Assembly: GCA_965140785.1 (NCBI GenBank)
Contig: OZ223497.1
Span: forward strand, 241,711 to 305,710
DNA from: an uncultured Ruficoccus sp.
Lineage (GTDB): Bacteria > Verrucomicrobiota > Verrucomicrobiia > Opitutales > Cerasicoccaceae
DNA length: 64,000 nucleotides
Reading direction: 5' to 3'
The notes below the pieces were generated by a model that saw only the letters and a program-made list of their open reading frames with translations, searched no databases and was not told the origin of the DNA. Numbering within the stretch: position 1 is the first letter of the stretch; every line of letters begins with the position of its first letter. Made by a program: the position numbers and the translations under genes. Shown piece by piece: positions 19,212 through 29,500 of the stretch.

Positions 19212-20240
19212 ATGGCCAGGCGCGTCACTCTGAAGGATATTGCGAAAAAGGCTGGTGTGCATTTCACAACGGTTTCTCTGGCGCTCAAGAACGACCCCCG
19301 GTTACCGCAGAAGACTCGGGATCGCCTTCGGAAAATAGCCGAGGAAATGGGCTATACCCCAGATGCCGCACTGAAAGCTCTTTCCGCCTACCGGCAGGCC
19401 AGCCGTTCCCATCCGATCCAGAGCGCGCTGGCCTATCTGACCGATATGCCGAGATCGCATCCCCTGGCGGACCATATTTATACGAAGTCCAGGGAGAAGG
19501 CCTCCCAATTGGGTTATAATCTGTTGGAGTTCAACCTCGGCAAGTCTGACACCAGCCTGAAGTCCTGCATGAGTGTCTGGTGGAACACAGGGATCAAGGG
19601 CGTGCTTGTCGGTCCTTTTCGTAACCCTGAGTTATTGCTCGACGGGAATTGGGATAAGTGGGTGAGCGTCGCCTACGGATACACCGTGGATAACCCTGAC
19701 TTTAATCGCGTGGTCCCGGACCTTTTTCATAATCTGCTCACGCATCTGAGCATTCTCCGGCAGCGTGGCTACGAGCGGATCGGATTACTGCTCTACGGTA
19801 AATATCGGACAAAGATTTTCGGTCTGCTGCACGGTGCTTATCTGCTTGATCAAGCTCGCAACGGGTCCACCCAGAGTGTCATTTATGTCCAAGAGGGCGT
19901 GAATACACCGAAAAAAATGAAAAGCTGGATACGTAAAGAGTGTCCAGATGTCCTCATCGCTTCGATGGAAGACCACCAAGTCCTGCTCAATACGGGGCTG
20001 CGCATTCCCGAAGATGTTGGATTTTCCCTCCTGTCGTGGAAAGACTACGAACCTGATAACCCGACCGAGTGGGCGGGTATGAATATTACGGACGATGTGG
20101 TGGCCGCCAATGCGGTTTCTTACCTGGTTTCGCAACTTCACGAAAACGACTTCGGCCTGCCGGAGCGTCCGAAGTGCCTGTTGGTACCGGGCATCTTTCA
20201 CGACGGTTCCTCCATCCGTCCGGGGCCGCCCCCGGCGTAG
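19212..20240 (+). CDS. LacI-family transcriptional regulator
   Basis: HTH VTLKDIAKKAGVHFTTVSLALKN; GLRIPEDVG; same subtype as 124-1164. Confidence 0.93.
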   Translation: MARRVTLKDIAKKAGVHFTTVSLALKNDPRLPQKTRDRLRKIAEEMGYTPDAALKALSAYRQASRSHPIQSALAYLTDMPRSHPLADHIYTKSREKASQLGYNLLEFNLGKSDTSLKSCMSVWWNTGIKGVLVGPFRNPELLLDGNWDKWVSVAYGYTVDNPDFNRVVPDLFHNLLTHLSILRQRGYERIGLLLYGKYRTKIFGLLHGAYLLDQARNGSTQSVIYVQEGVNTPKKMKSWIRKECPDVLIASMEDHQVLLNTGLRIPEDVGFSLLSWKDYEPDNPTEWAGMNITDDVVAANAVSYLVSQLHENDFGLPERPKCLLVPGIFHDGSSIRPGPPPA

Positions 20241-20329
20241 AGAGTGCCTATCAGGAAGGCATGGGGCTGTGACGCCGGATTTTTAGTCCGTTTTCCAAGG
20301 CCCGTGAAGGAGGAAGGGACTGTCCTGCT

Positions 20330-21019
20330 CTATTTCTCGGCATTCCACCACTTCTGCTTGTTCTCCAGCATCTCGTCCATGGTGTAGGCTCCCGTATGCC
20401 CGTCGAAAAAGACGACCGTTGCCTTCCCGTCATAGCGGAAGGCCACGGCATGCTTGGCGTAAACCTCTTCGCCGGGGTAGCGCTTGATGCCATGCTTGGC
20501 CACGATCCAGTCCAGGGCATCGGTGAATGCGATCGTGTTCACCGGGTCCTCGATGGTGGCTACGCTCGCCTGATAGGAGATGCTGGGGTTGAACCAGTCC
20601 GAAAAGCCCAGTGTATTGATGCCGTAGGAGCGGGTGAGGAGCGGTTTTCCGTTCTCGTCCAGCACCCCGGCGTTGGGGGAGAGAAGATTCAGCGGCCAGT
20701 CAGCCCCGGGCGGTATGTTGAGGTGGTCTTTAAAGTCTTGCTGGTCCACCCATCGCTTGGTGAGTCCTTCTTCAGTCATGGTGCGGATGGGGACATACAG
20801 GCCACCATGGTCGAGGGAATACAGACTGTTGGCGGACTGGTATTGCCGGATAATGCTGAGGCTTTTTACCAGTTGGCTGTTGCCTTGGATGTTTTGCAGA
20901 ACCACGCCTACCAGTGTCCCCAAAATGGCGATGATCAGGATGGCACCGAGCAGTTCTATGAGACTGAAGGCTCGGCGCAAACGCAGGGACGGTCTGGCTG
21001 AATCGGCGGTGAGACGCAT
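20330..21019 (-). CDS. Prepilin-type N-terminal cleavage/methylation protein (H-X9-DG-like C-terminus)
   Basis: RRA/FSLIELLGAILIIAILG; C-terminal FRYDGKATVVFFDGH. Confidence 0.9.
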   Translation of the reverse strand: MRLTADSARPSLRLRRAFSLIELLGAILIIAILGTLVGVVLQNIQGNSQLVKSLSIIRQYQSANSLYSLDHGGLYVPIRTMTEEGLTKRWVDQQDFKDHLNIPPGADWPLNLLSPNAGVLDENGKPLLTRSYGINTLGFSDWFNPSISYQASVATIEDPVNTIAFTDALDWIVAKHGIKRYPGEEVYAKHAVAFRYDGKATVVFFDGHTGAYTMDEMLENKQKWWNAEK

Positions 21020-21105
21020 GGTACAAGCGGGGGAGCAACAACGGGGCTATCCGTTTTTGATGTCCCTGTCATAGGCTTTCCGCCGAGGAAATACAATCCC
21101 CAGGA

Positions 21106-21139
21106 CATTCTATCATTAGAATATTCTAATGCTAGAATG
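21106..21139. promoter_or_regulatory. 34-bp near-perfect palindrome, candidate operator (core TTAGAATATTCTAA)
   Basis: CATTCTATCATTAGAATATTCTAATGCTAGAATG, one mismatched pair, in a divergent promoter region; related copies at 21181-21194 and 22251-22264. Confidence 0.65.
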
Positions 21140-21217
21140 GCGTCGAGGTTGCCAGGAAGTCGGGAAGTTCGAAGATACGGGGCAGATATTCTAACCACCC
21201 GAAACTCAATATATCCC

Positions 21218-22111
21218 ATGAATAACGCAAGAACCTCACTGATTAAAATTCTCCTCGGCATTCCCTTCATCGCCGGTTGCCTCGCCTCGGCCCAAGCGGA
21301 CGTGGTCTTTCATTACGGAAGCACCGGCTATGTCAGCTCTGACGCTAATTTTCAAAACAAGGCGACCGAAAGCGGTAGCGGTCCCTACGTCTTTACCCGG
21401 TCCTTCAGCGATACCGGTGCCCTCAGCCCCTTTTCCGGCTATAGCGGTCCGGTCTTTTACGGCGGCTACGATTTCTCCAGTTCCACGATCAATCCAGAAA
21501 GTGGCATTTCCCGTCAGCAGGTGCGCAATAATTACGCCGGTGCGGACCAGATTTATCTCAAGTGTACGAACTATCCGGATGGCTGGGCCGGGAGCGATCT
21601 TTCCCTGCATGCGATGTTTCTCTTCAAGCAGGAGAGCTTTAATCCCGGTTTTACCGCAGGTGATATCGGCGTCGACAGTTTCTCGGTCTCTTGGGGAAGT
21701 GTCAATGTGAGCGAGACCTTCGACCTGACGGGGTATTTCAGTGTACAGATCGACGGTGTCTACTATCTTTCGCAGACGACCTTCAATATGAGCACCGACG
21801 GAAGTTTTTCGCTTTCGGATCTGTCTTCGGAACAGTGGGCGGTCTTCGACCCCGAGAGCAGCTTGGACTTCGATCAGGGGTCAGCTGTTTACACTAGTCT
21901 GGCCTTGGAAAACGTCACCGCTGTCGGAGTTTACTTTGAGGATGATGTGTGGGAGGGAGGCGAATATGACGCTGCCTTCGACTTGGGAATCAAGTCGTTC
22001 GAAGTGAGCGGAACAACGATTCCCGAGCCTGCGCATATGTCCATCCTGCTGGGCGTGGTGTGCCTCATCGGTCTTCGCCGATTTCGTGCGCTTAGCCGCC
22101 GTCGGCGATAG
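21218..22111 (+). CDS. PEP-CTERM protein
   Basis: Signal peptide ending AQA from ATG 21218; C-terminal IPEPAHMSILLGVVCLIGLRRFRALSRRRR. Confidence 0.88.
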   Translation: MNNARTSLIKILLGIPFIAGCLASAQADVVFHYGSTGYVSSDANFQNKATESGSGPYVFTRSFSDTGALSPFSGYSGPVFYGGYDFSSSTINPESGISRQQVRNNYAGADQIYLKCTNYPDGWAGSDLSLHAMFLFKQESFNPGFTAGDIGVDSFSVSWGSVNVSETFDLTGYFSVQIDGVYYLSQTTFNMSTDGSFSLSDLSSEQWAVFDPESSLDFDQGSAVYTSLALENVTAVGVYFEDDVWEGGEYDAAFDLGIKSFEVSGTTIPEPAHMSILLGVVCLIGLRRFRALSRRRR

Positions 22112-22338
22112 CCTCTTTGCGCCGTCCTCAACGAAATTTTCGTATACACCGGCTTCGGTAAACAGCGCGGGCTTTCGGTTAAAAGCCTGCAGCATGTCTG
22201 CATGCGCCCGGCAAGAGGTATCCATCCCAATGATCAGAGTTTTAGTGGAGTTAGAATATTGAAAAAATCCATGGCCCCCGCAATAGCAACCACGCGTTTC
22301 CTGCTTATCCGCCTCACCGCGAAAGATTGTCAAACTGA

Positions 22339-23284
22339 ATGAAAAATCCACCTGCAACTTCTGTGCCTCCTGCTTCGAGGATTCCAGAGGAGGATCGCAT
22401 CCCGCTCCCCCAGAAGATCACCTTCAGTCTGGGAGGGAAGATGCAGTACATCGCGACGAATTTAAAGATCAACGTGCTGTGGATGCCTTTCTTCAATATC
22501 GGCTTGGGTATCAACCCTGCGCTGCTCGGAGTGGGACTGATGCTGATGCGGGCCTGGGATGCGATTTCTGATCCGGTCATGGGCAATATTTCCGACAATG
22601 CCCGGACTCGATGGGGGAGGAGGCGTCCATTCATGGCGGTCGGAGCAGTCCTGACGGGACTCATCTATCCGTTTCTGTGGGATCCGCCCGCGGGGTGGGG
22701 GGAGTCTGGCATGCTGGCTTACCTGCTGGTGGCCGGACTTTTGTTTGTCAGTTCGTTCACTTGCTGGTCCATGCCTTACTTCGGCATGCAGTTGGAGTTG
22801 ACGCCCAACTATGACGAGCGCACCCGGCTGATGGCATGGACGACCCTGTTCGGCAAACTCGTGTCATTGGCCGGCGCATGGGTGATGGCGATTCTGGCCA
22901 GCCGCTGGTTTGCCGAACAGGTGACCGGCGAGGCCGATATCGTCGCCGGGATGAGGACCTGTCGCTGGTTCATTGGCGGGTTGATCATCGTGGTGGGGCT
23001 CTTGCCGGTCTTCTTCGTCAAGGAGCGCTATTATAAGGCCGAGACGAGCAAGCAAACGCGCGATCCGTTTTGGGCAAGTATCCGTGAATCGTTTCGCTGT
23101 CGGCCCTTATGGTACTTGATTGGGATTTCTTTCTGCAGTCCTGGTCCGGATGAAATGGACCTATATTCTGCTGCCGGTTGTCATTTGGGGCATCGGTTTG
23201 CTCTTTATTCTGATCTATCCCCTCAATCGTACCGGAATGGCGGACATTCACCGGCAACTGGAAGCCCGCCGGGGAAAACTCTAA
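22339..23284 (+). pseudogene. GPH/MelB-like MFS sugar transporter with internal deletion and frameshift
   Basis: N-half motifs WDAISDPVMGNISD..RTRWGRRRPF and ELTPNYDERT. After LWYLIGISF (~23130) the last helix and tail (MKWTYILLPVVIWGIGLLFILIYPLNRTGMADIHRQLEARRGKL*) follow at once in another frame. Confidence 0.85.
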
Positions 23285-23373
23285 AACTCCTGAATAGACA
23301 TTCGTAATTACACACCCTTTATCCGCGCACGCGCTGCATGTAAACGAACCGTTCACATAACCCGTTCTCGCAT

Positions 23374-24846
23374 ATGTCAAAAAGACCTCACTTCGTGTTT
23401 TTCAATCCCGACCAATGGCGCGGAGACGTTATCGGCCATCAAGGTAACCCGGCGGCTTCAACGCCGACTCTGGACCGTCTGGCCCGGACGGACGCCATCT
23501 CCTTCAGCCGGGCGTTTTGCCAGAACCCGGTCTGCACGCCGAGCCGTTGCAGCTTCATGACCGGGTGGTATCCCCATACGCGGGGCAAGCGTTCGATGAC
23601 GCACCTGCTGCATGAGAACGAACCGACCATGTTGCATCATCTCAAGGAAGCGGGATGGCATGTCTGGTGGGGGGGCAAAAACGATCTCACGACCGATGTG
23701 GAGGGTGCCTGTCATGTACGCTACCGCTCACAACCGGCGCATGAGAACCTGCATGTGGATGAGTCGTGGCGTCCCTCTCCGACGGACTTTTCCATGTTTG
23801 CGGGCAGGCTGGAGAAGTACCCGGAGGAAGAATGTTATTTAGACAACGACTGGTGTAACGTGCTCGAAGCCGAACGTGTGATCGCCCGGCATACCGGGGA
23901 CGAACCCCTGTGCCTGTACCTGCCGTTGCAATACCCCCATCCGCCGTACGGGGTGGAGGAGCCCTTCTTCAGTCGTATTGAGCGAGCATCCCTGCCGCCC
24001 CGCATCCGCCCCGAAGACATCGGCCCGGACAAACCGGTCATGCAGGGGTTGATCCGTGAGCGACAGAACCTCGGTCAGCATGGGGAAGCCTGGTGGGATG
24101 AATTACGTGCCACTTATTACGGGATGTGCGCCCGCGTGGATGCACAGTTGGGACGCATTGTGCAGGCGCTCAAGGAGGCCGGGATGTATGAGGACACGGC
24201 GTTGTTCGTTTTCTCCGATCATGGCGACTACACCGGCGATTACGGATTGGTGGAAAAGGCACAAAACCTGTTCGAGGATTGTCTGACGCGGGTGCCGTTT
24301 CTCCTCAAGCCTCCCGCTTCGCACCCTTGTCAGGCTGGTACGCGTCAGGCACTGGTTGAGCTGCTCGACATCCCGGCCACCGTTTACGAATTGGGCGGGC
24401 TGGCTCCCGAATACACTCATTTTGGCCGCTCCCTGACACACCTGCTTCAGAGTGACGACATGCACCGGGAGGCGGTCTTCTGCGAAGGTGGCCGCCTGGA
24501 AGGCGAGGTCCATTGTACCGAGGTGAGCGCCAATGACTCGACTTCGCTTTACTGGCCGCGTACCTCCATCCAGAAGACGGACGACATCGCCCATGGCAAG
24601 GCTATCATGTGCCGGACCGACAGCTACAAGTATGTCTATCGCCTGAAGGAAAAGGACGAGTTTTATGACTTGGTGCGAGATCCGCGTGAATGCCACAATG
24701 TCATCGATCTGGATGCTCATGCGCTGGCCATCGCGGACTGCCGTCGGCGTGTGATGAGCTTCCTTGCTGAAACCAGCGATGTCGTGCCGTGGAAAATGGA
24801 CCCGCGCGATACCGTTCAAGAGTCCACCGCGCCGTTATGTCCCTGA
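23374..24846 (+). CDS. Sulfatase (S1, Cys-type), no signal peptide
   Basis: DQWR, CTPSRCSFMTG, PHPPY, SDHGD motifs. Confidence 0.93.
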   Translation: MSKRPHFVFFNPDQWRGDVIGHQGNPAASTPTLDRLARTDAISFSRAFCQNPVCTPSRCSFMTGWYPHTRGKRSMTHLLHENEPTMLHHLKEAGWHVWWGGKNDLTTDVEGACHVRYRSQPAHENLHVDESWRPSPTDFSMFAGRLEKYPEEECYLDNDWCNVLEAERVIARHTGDEPLCLYLPLQYPHPPYGVEEPFFSRIERASLPPRIRPEDIGPDKPVMQGLIRERQNLGQHGEAWWDELRATYYGMCARVDAQLGRIVQALKEAGMYEDTALFVFSDHGDYTGDYGLVEKAQNLFEDCLTRVPFLLKPPASHPCQAGTRQALVELLDIPATVYELGGLAPEYTHFGRSLTHLLQSDDMHREAVFCEGGRLEGEVHCTEVSANDSTSLYWPRTSIQKTDDIAHGKAIMCRTDSYKYVYRLKEKDEFYDLVRDPRECHNVIDLDAHALAIADCRRRVMSFLAETSDVVPWKMDPRDTVQESTAPLCP

Positions 24847-24952
24847 CGGCCCATCGGGGATTAACATAATGAAATGCTCCCGGCGTTATGCATGATTATA
24901 AATCGGGTATTGCCTGGGCGATGAATCTAAAATTCGACTATTATTTTTCACC

Positions 24953-26470
24953 ATGGTTAAGCTTATCCCTATCGTCATCCTCTTGAATTTGGTATCCCTG
25001 AATGCCGAAGATGCGAAACCGAACGTGCTCTTTATTGCGATTGATGATTTAAGGAATTACGTGGGCTATTTCCCGGACGATCATCCGTCGGTTCGCACGC
25101 CCAACATCGACCGGTTGTCAGCCGAAGGCGTTTCTTTTACCAACGCGTACTGCCAGGCTCCGATGTGCGCGGCCTCCCGAAACAGTCTCATGACGGGTTT
25201 GCTACCTTCGACCACCGGTGCCTACGGGTTTCAGCAACGGCGTGAAATACCCGGTATGGACGTGGCGACGCTGCCCGAACATTTTCGCAATAACGGCTAC
25301 ACCACCATCGGCACGGGCAAGCTGCACCATGGCAAACCTTCCGAGGGGCATGGGCCGGACCCCCAGGAGTGGGACGAATACTGGCCTTCGGTTGAGCGTC
25401 CGCGTATTGCCAGCAGTGGGACTTATGCGAAAAAATACAATCCCTGGGGAAACGTGCAGTGGGGACCCACCATCGAGGGCGAGGAGGTCCAGGGAGACTA
25501 TAAACATGCCGAGTGGGCCGTGAAGCGCATTCAAGCCGGAATCGCGCAGCCATTCTTTCTGGGAGTTGGTTTTTTTCATCCGCACCTGCCGTGGAAGGCG
25601 CCACAAGAGTACTTCGACCATTATGCACCTTCTGACCGGCTTTCTCCCGTTCCGCGCAAGGCGGACGACCTTGAGGATGTTCCCGCGGCCGGTGAGTTCT
25701 TTGCCCGGTATATCCATAAAGGACGCTATGGGGTGGAGCGCGTCATCGAAACCCTGGACTGGTATGACGAGGCCCTCCAGGCCTACCTGGCCAGTGTGGA
25801 GCTGGTGGACAAACAGGTTGGCCGGGTTCTGAACGCCCTCGAACAAAGCCCGTATGCCGATAACACGATCGTCGTGCTTTGGAGTGACCATGGCTATCTG
25901 CTCGGCGAAAAGAAAACATGGACCAAATTCACCCTCTGGCGGGAGGCGGACCGGGTGCCGTTCATCATCGTCGTTCCTGACAAGCTCGCCGGAAAAATCT
26001 GTGACGCACCGGTTCAACTGCTGGACCTTTACCCCACGCTGGTTTCTCTGGCCGGCCTCCCGCAGCCGGAGCATGAGCTGGAGGGACACGATATCAGTCC
26101 ACTGTTGGAGGATCCAAGCGCTTCGTGGCCTTACCCCGCGCTGACCACCGCCGGTGAGAACAATCATGCGATCAGTACGTCGGAGTGGCGCTATATCCGT
26201 TACTTTGATGGCAGCGAAGAGCTGTACGACATCAAGGACGACCCGAGCGAGTGGACAAATCTCGCCCACGATCCGGCCTATGCCCCGATCAAGCGTAAGC
26301 TGGCCCAATTCCTTCCCAAGAGCAATGCCCCCAACGCTCCGGGTACGACTCTGCGGCCTTTTTACGATCGCGGTTATTGGGACATTGAGGAGCTCAAGGC
26401 GCAAACACTCAATGGCTTCGAGGCCGCCTATGAAAGGCACTTGGAAAATGCAAAAGAGACTGCGCAATAA
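24953..26470 (+). CDS. Sulfatase (iduronate-2-sulfatase/choline-sulfatase-like), exported
   Basis: Signal peptide; PNVLFIAIDDLR, CAASRNSLMTG, GKLHH, PHLPW, WSDHGY, ELYDIKDDP. Confidence 0.93.
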   Translation: MVKLIPIVILLNLVSLNAEDAKPNVLFIAIDDLRNYVGYFPDDHPSVRTPNIDRLSAEGVSFTNAYCQAPMCAASRNSLMTGLLPSTTGAYGFQQRREIPGMDVATLPEHFRNNGYTTIGTGKLHHGKPSEGHGPDPQEWDEYWPSVERPRIASSGTYAKKYNPWGNVQWGPTIEGEEVQGDYKHAEWAVKRIQAGIAQPFFLGVGFFHPHLPWKAPQEYFDHYAPSDRLSPVPRKADDLEDVPAAGEFFARYIHKGRYGVERVIETLDWYDEALQAYLASVELVDKQVGRVLNALEQSPYADNTIVVLWSDHGYLLGEKKTWTKFTLWREADRVPFIIVVPDKLAGKICDAPVQLLDLYPTLVSLAGLPQPEHELEGHDISPLLEDPSASWPYPALTTAGENNHAISTSEWRYIRYFDGSEELYDIKDDPSEWTNLAHDPAYAPIKRKLAQFLPKSNAPNAPGTTLRPFYDRGYWDIEELKAQTLNGFEAAYERHLENAKETAQ

Positions 26471-26569
26471 TTTATCCTGTATGCATGGTGAAAACTCCCT
26501 CCCTGTATATGCCCAGGCTTGGGGGAAACTGACTTTACCATCACCCATTCGTTGCAAGGAGCATCGTAT

Positions 26570-29500
26570 ATGACCGAAAGAATCTTTAGATTACTGATTT
26601 TTATCGCCCTCTTCTCCAGCCTGCCAATTCCTGGCATGGGGGGACCGGTGCGGCTTTATGCCGGTGATAATAACCTCGGGGACACGGGTGCAGTCCCCCC
26701 CGCCGGAGAGAAACTTTACTGGGGGCATGAGCCGGTCGAGGAGCTCAGCCGTACGCGTTCACGCCGATGCCTGAATGGCGTGTGGGAGTTCATCCCAGCC
26801 GATAATGCAAGCACCCCGGTAAACGGCTGGGGATACATCCGGGTGCCCGGTGCCTGGAGCACAGTGCTCAAACAGATGCCGGGTGTTGTCAGGGCCGGAA
26901 CCGGTCGGGCCTGGGAAGGATTCAGCACGAACAACCGCAGCGCAAGCGCTGCCAATGTTAATTGCGCCTGGTATCGACGGCCCATTACAATCCCTGAGGC
27001 GTGGAGAGGACGTCGTCTCTTTGTCGATTTTGACCGCGTCTGCACCGATGCGGAGGTCTTTGTGGACGGCGAGAAAGCTGGCGATATTCGCTGGCCGGGT
27101 GGGGTGGTTGAGATTACCGGACTGGTCAGTGCTTCGGAAGAGGCTATGCTGGAGGTGCGGGTCGTCTCGTTCCTGGATAAAACGGAAGCGACCGAGTACA
27201 TGGGGGATGCCTCGAACCATGTCTTTACCAAACAGATAAAACTCGATAATCGCGGACTCACTGGTGATGTATTTCTCATCAGCCGCGAGCCCGGGGCTTA
27301 CATTGAGGATGTTTTTATCCAACCCTCCACCCGCCAGAAACAGCTCAAGATTGCTTTTGGTCTGGAGGGCGACGACTTGCCCGCTGCTCTCCAGGTGCAG
27401 GCTTCCTGTGTAAACAGCGAGGGAGTGGTCGAAAAGGAATACTCGCAAACGCTCAGGCTCGTACCGAAAGCCCCGCAGGAGCTTGAGGTTGTGTTCGACT
27501 GGGAAGACCCCGCGCTGTGGGATTTTCTTCAGCCCAACCTGTACACGCTGCGCCTCCGCGTGACCGGCGAGGGTGTGGACGATGAGATTTCGCAGGTCTT
27601 CGGGTTTCGGGAGTTCTGGATCGAGGGACGGAAATTCATGCTCAACGGCAAGGAGTTTCGCCTGCGTCCGCGCAATTGTATCCGTAATTACCATGACAGG
27701 GAGATTGTATCGACCGAGCGCATGGACGGTGCCATTGACAGTATGATTTCACTGGGTGGCAACATTCAGGAGTTTTGGCCCTGGGACCACTACGTGCGGG
27801 GTACGACTCGCATGCTCGACTTGTGGTGTGAGCGTGCCGACCGCAAAGGCTGGCCGGTCATGGCTCCCGTGGGAAGCGCCCGCGAGTTCATCAGCCAGTG
27901 GGACACCGCGGAGAGCGAAAGAAGTGAATGGCTCCGGTTGACCGAGCGGGAGATCAAGCGCCTGCGCAACCATCCCAGCATCTTGATGTGGATCCACAGT
28001 CCCAATCGGCTGGCTCTCCGGTACGACCAGAATCCAACCATCCTCGGCAACCGGGAACGCCTTACCCCGCGGCAGGATCCCGACTACATGAATCTCCTGC
28101 ATGGTGCCGAACAGGCCAACGAGGCAATCCGGAGCCTAGATCCGACGCGGCCGGTTACTCTGCACCATGGGGCCGCGGCCGGAGATCTCCAGACCATCAA
28201 CAATTACCTGGGTTGGATACCCTTGCAGGAGCAGGAGGAATGGCTCTCTCGCTACATGGCGAGTGGAGACATCCCATACCTGCCGGTGGAGTTCGGATGG
28301 GAAGGCCACCTCGATACCCGGCGGGGACGCAACGGCTGGAGAGGCACGAAAGACTCGGAAAGCCTGATGACGGAGTTCATCGCCTCCTACTTCGGACCGG
28401 AGGCCTTTCGGGAGGAAGACGCAAAGACACGCTTACTGAACCCCGAGAACTTCAAGCAGGGGCAGGAATACAAGCAGTTCTACCCCCCGCTGACGCAGTT
28501 GAACAATGAGATGCTCTATCTTTTCGCCAAAAACGTTTACCTGAGCTGGCGAACCATGAACGCACCCAGCGCCCCCCTGTACTGGTATTTGGATTATTTC
28601 TGGAAAAAGCCCCAACGTGGTCCCAAGACGGCGCCCCAGCAGGTATGCGGCCCCTTCGAGCCCGGAAAACGCGGCGCCTACGTTCCGGAGCTTACTCCCT
28701 TCGAGCGCTACTATATGACGGAAAAGTCCATGGATCCGACTCCGGCTTCGGCCTTTTTTAAGGAAGCTTTTTCTCCAGTCGTCGCCTGGATATGCGCTCC
28801 GCAGGTCTCCGGCGATATTGCGGCTTTCACGGCGAAGGATCATCACTTCACGGCGGGAGGCCATATAACAAAAGCGATCGCTTTGCTGAACGACACGCGT
28901 GAGGAGCAATCGTATGGCTTTACCTGGGAAGCCTTTTTAGGGGAGGAGCTGGTTGCTTCCGGTTCCGGAGACGGGCAGATCAAGGCTTCCCAGACGTTGT
29001 TCCTGCCGCTGGAGTTTCGGGTGCCGTCGATTGACATGCCGCGACAGGATGGATATATCGAACTCAGCGCGACCATCGGCGACCAAACGCAAACGGACCG
29101 GTTCGGTTTTCGGCTCTATCGTCCCGGGCCCGGGGGGCAACCACCCCTCCTGATTTTCGACCCGCTGGGCAAGAGTCAGTCCATGCTGGAAAAACTCGGC
29201 TACTCCCTCAAGCCATGGAAGGGCGATCCGGCGTTGGACACGTTGGTTATTGGACGGGAAGCCTTCTCAAGCGGGGTGGAGCTACCCGGGAGCCTCGAGG
29301 ATTTTGTCCGCGCCGGCGGTCGGGTCATCATCATGCAGCAACAGCCGCAATGGCTGGAACAGGCGGCCGGTTTTCGGACGGGGGCTCAAGTCGTTCGCCG
29401 GGTATTTCCCATCCCAGGCGCGGCGGACATGCTGGAGGGAATCGACCGGGAGGACTTACGCGACTGGAGCGGCCATAGTAGTCTTCTGCCGGTTGTCAGC

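Noticed and set aside
22339..23307. 322-aa ORF as an intact half-size transporter
   Set aside because: Its last ~55 aa are out-of-frame read-through; the true C-terminus is in another frame.
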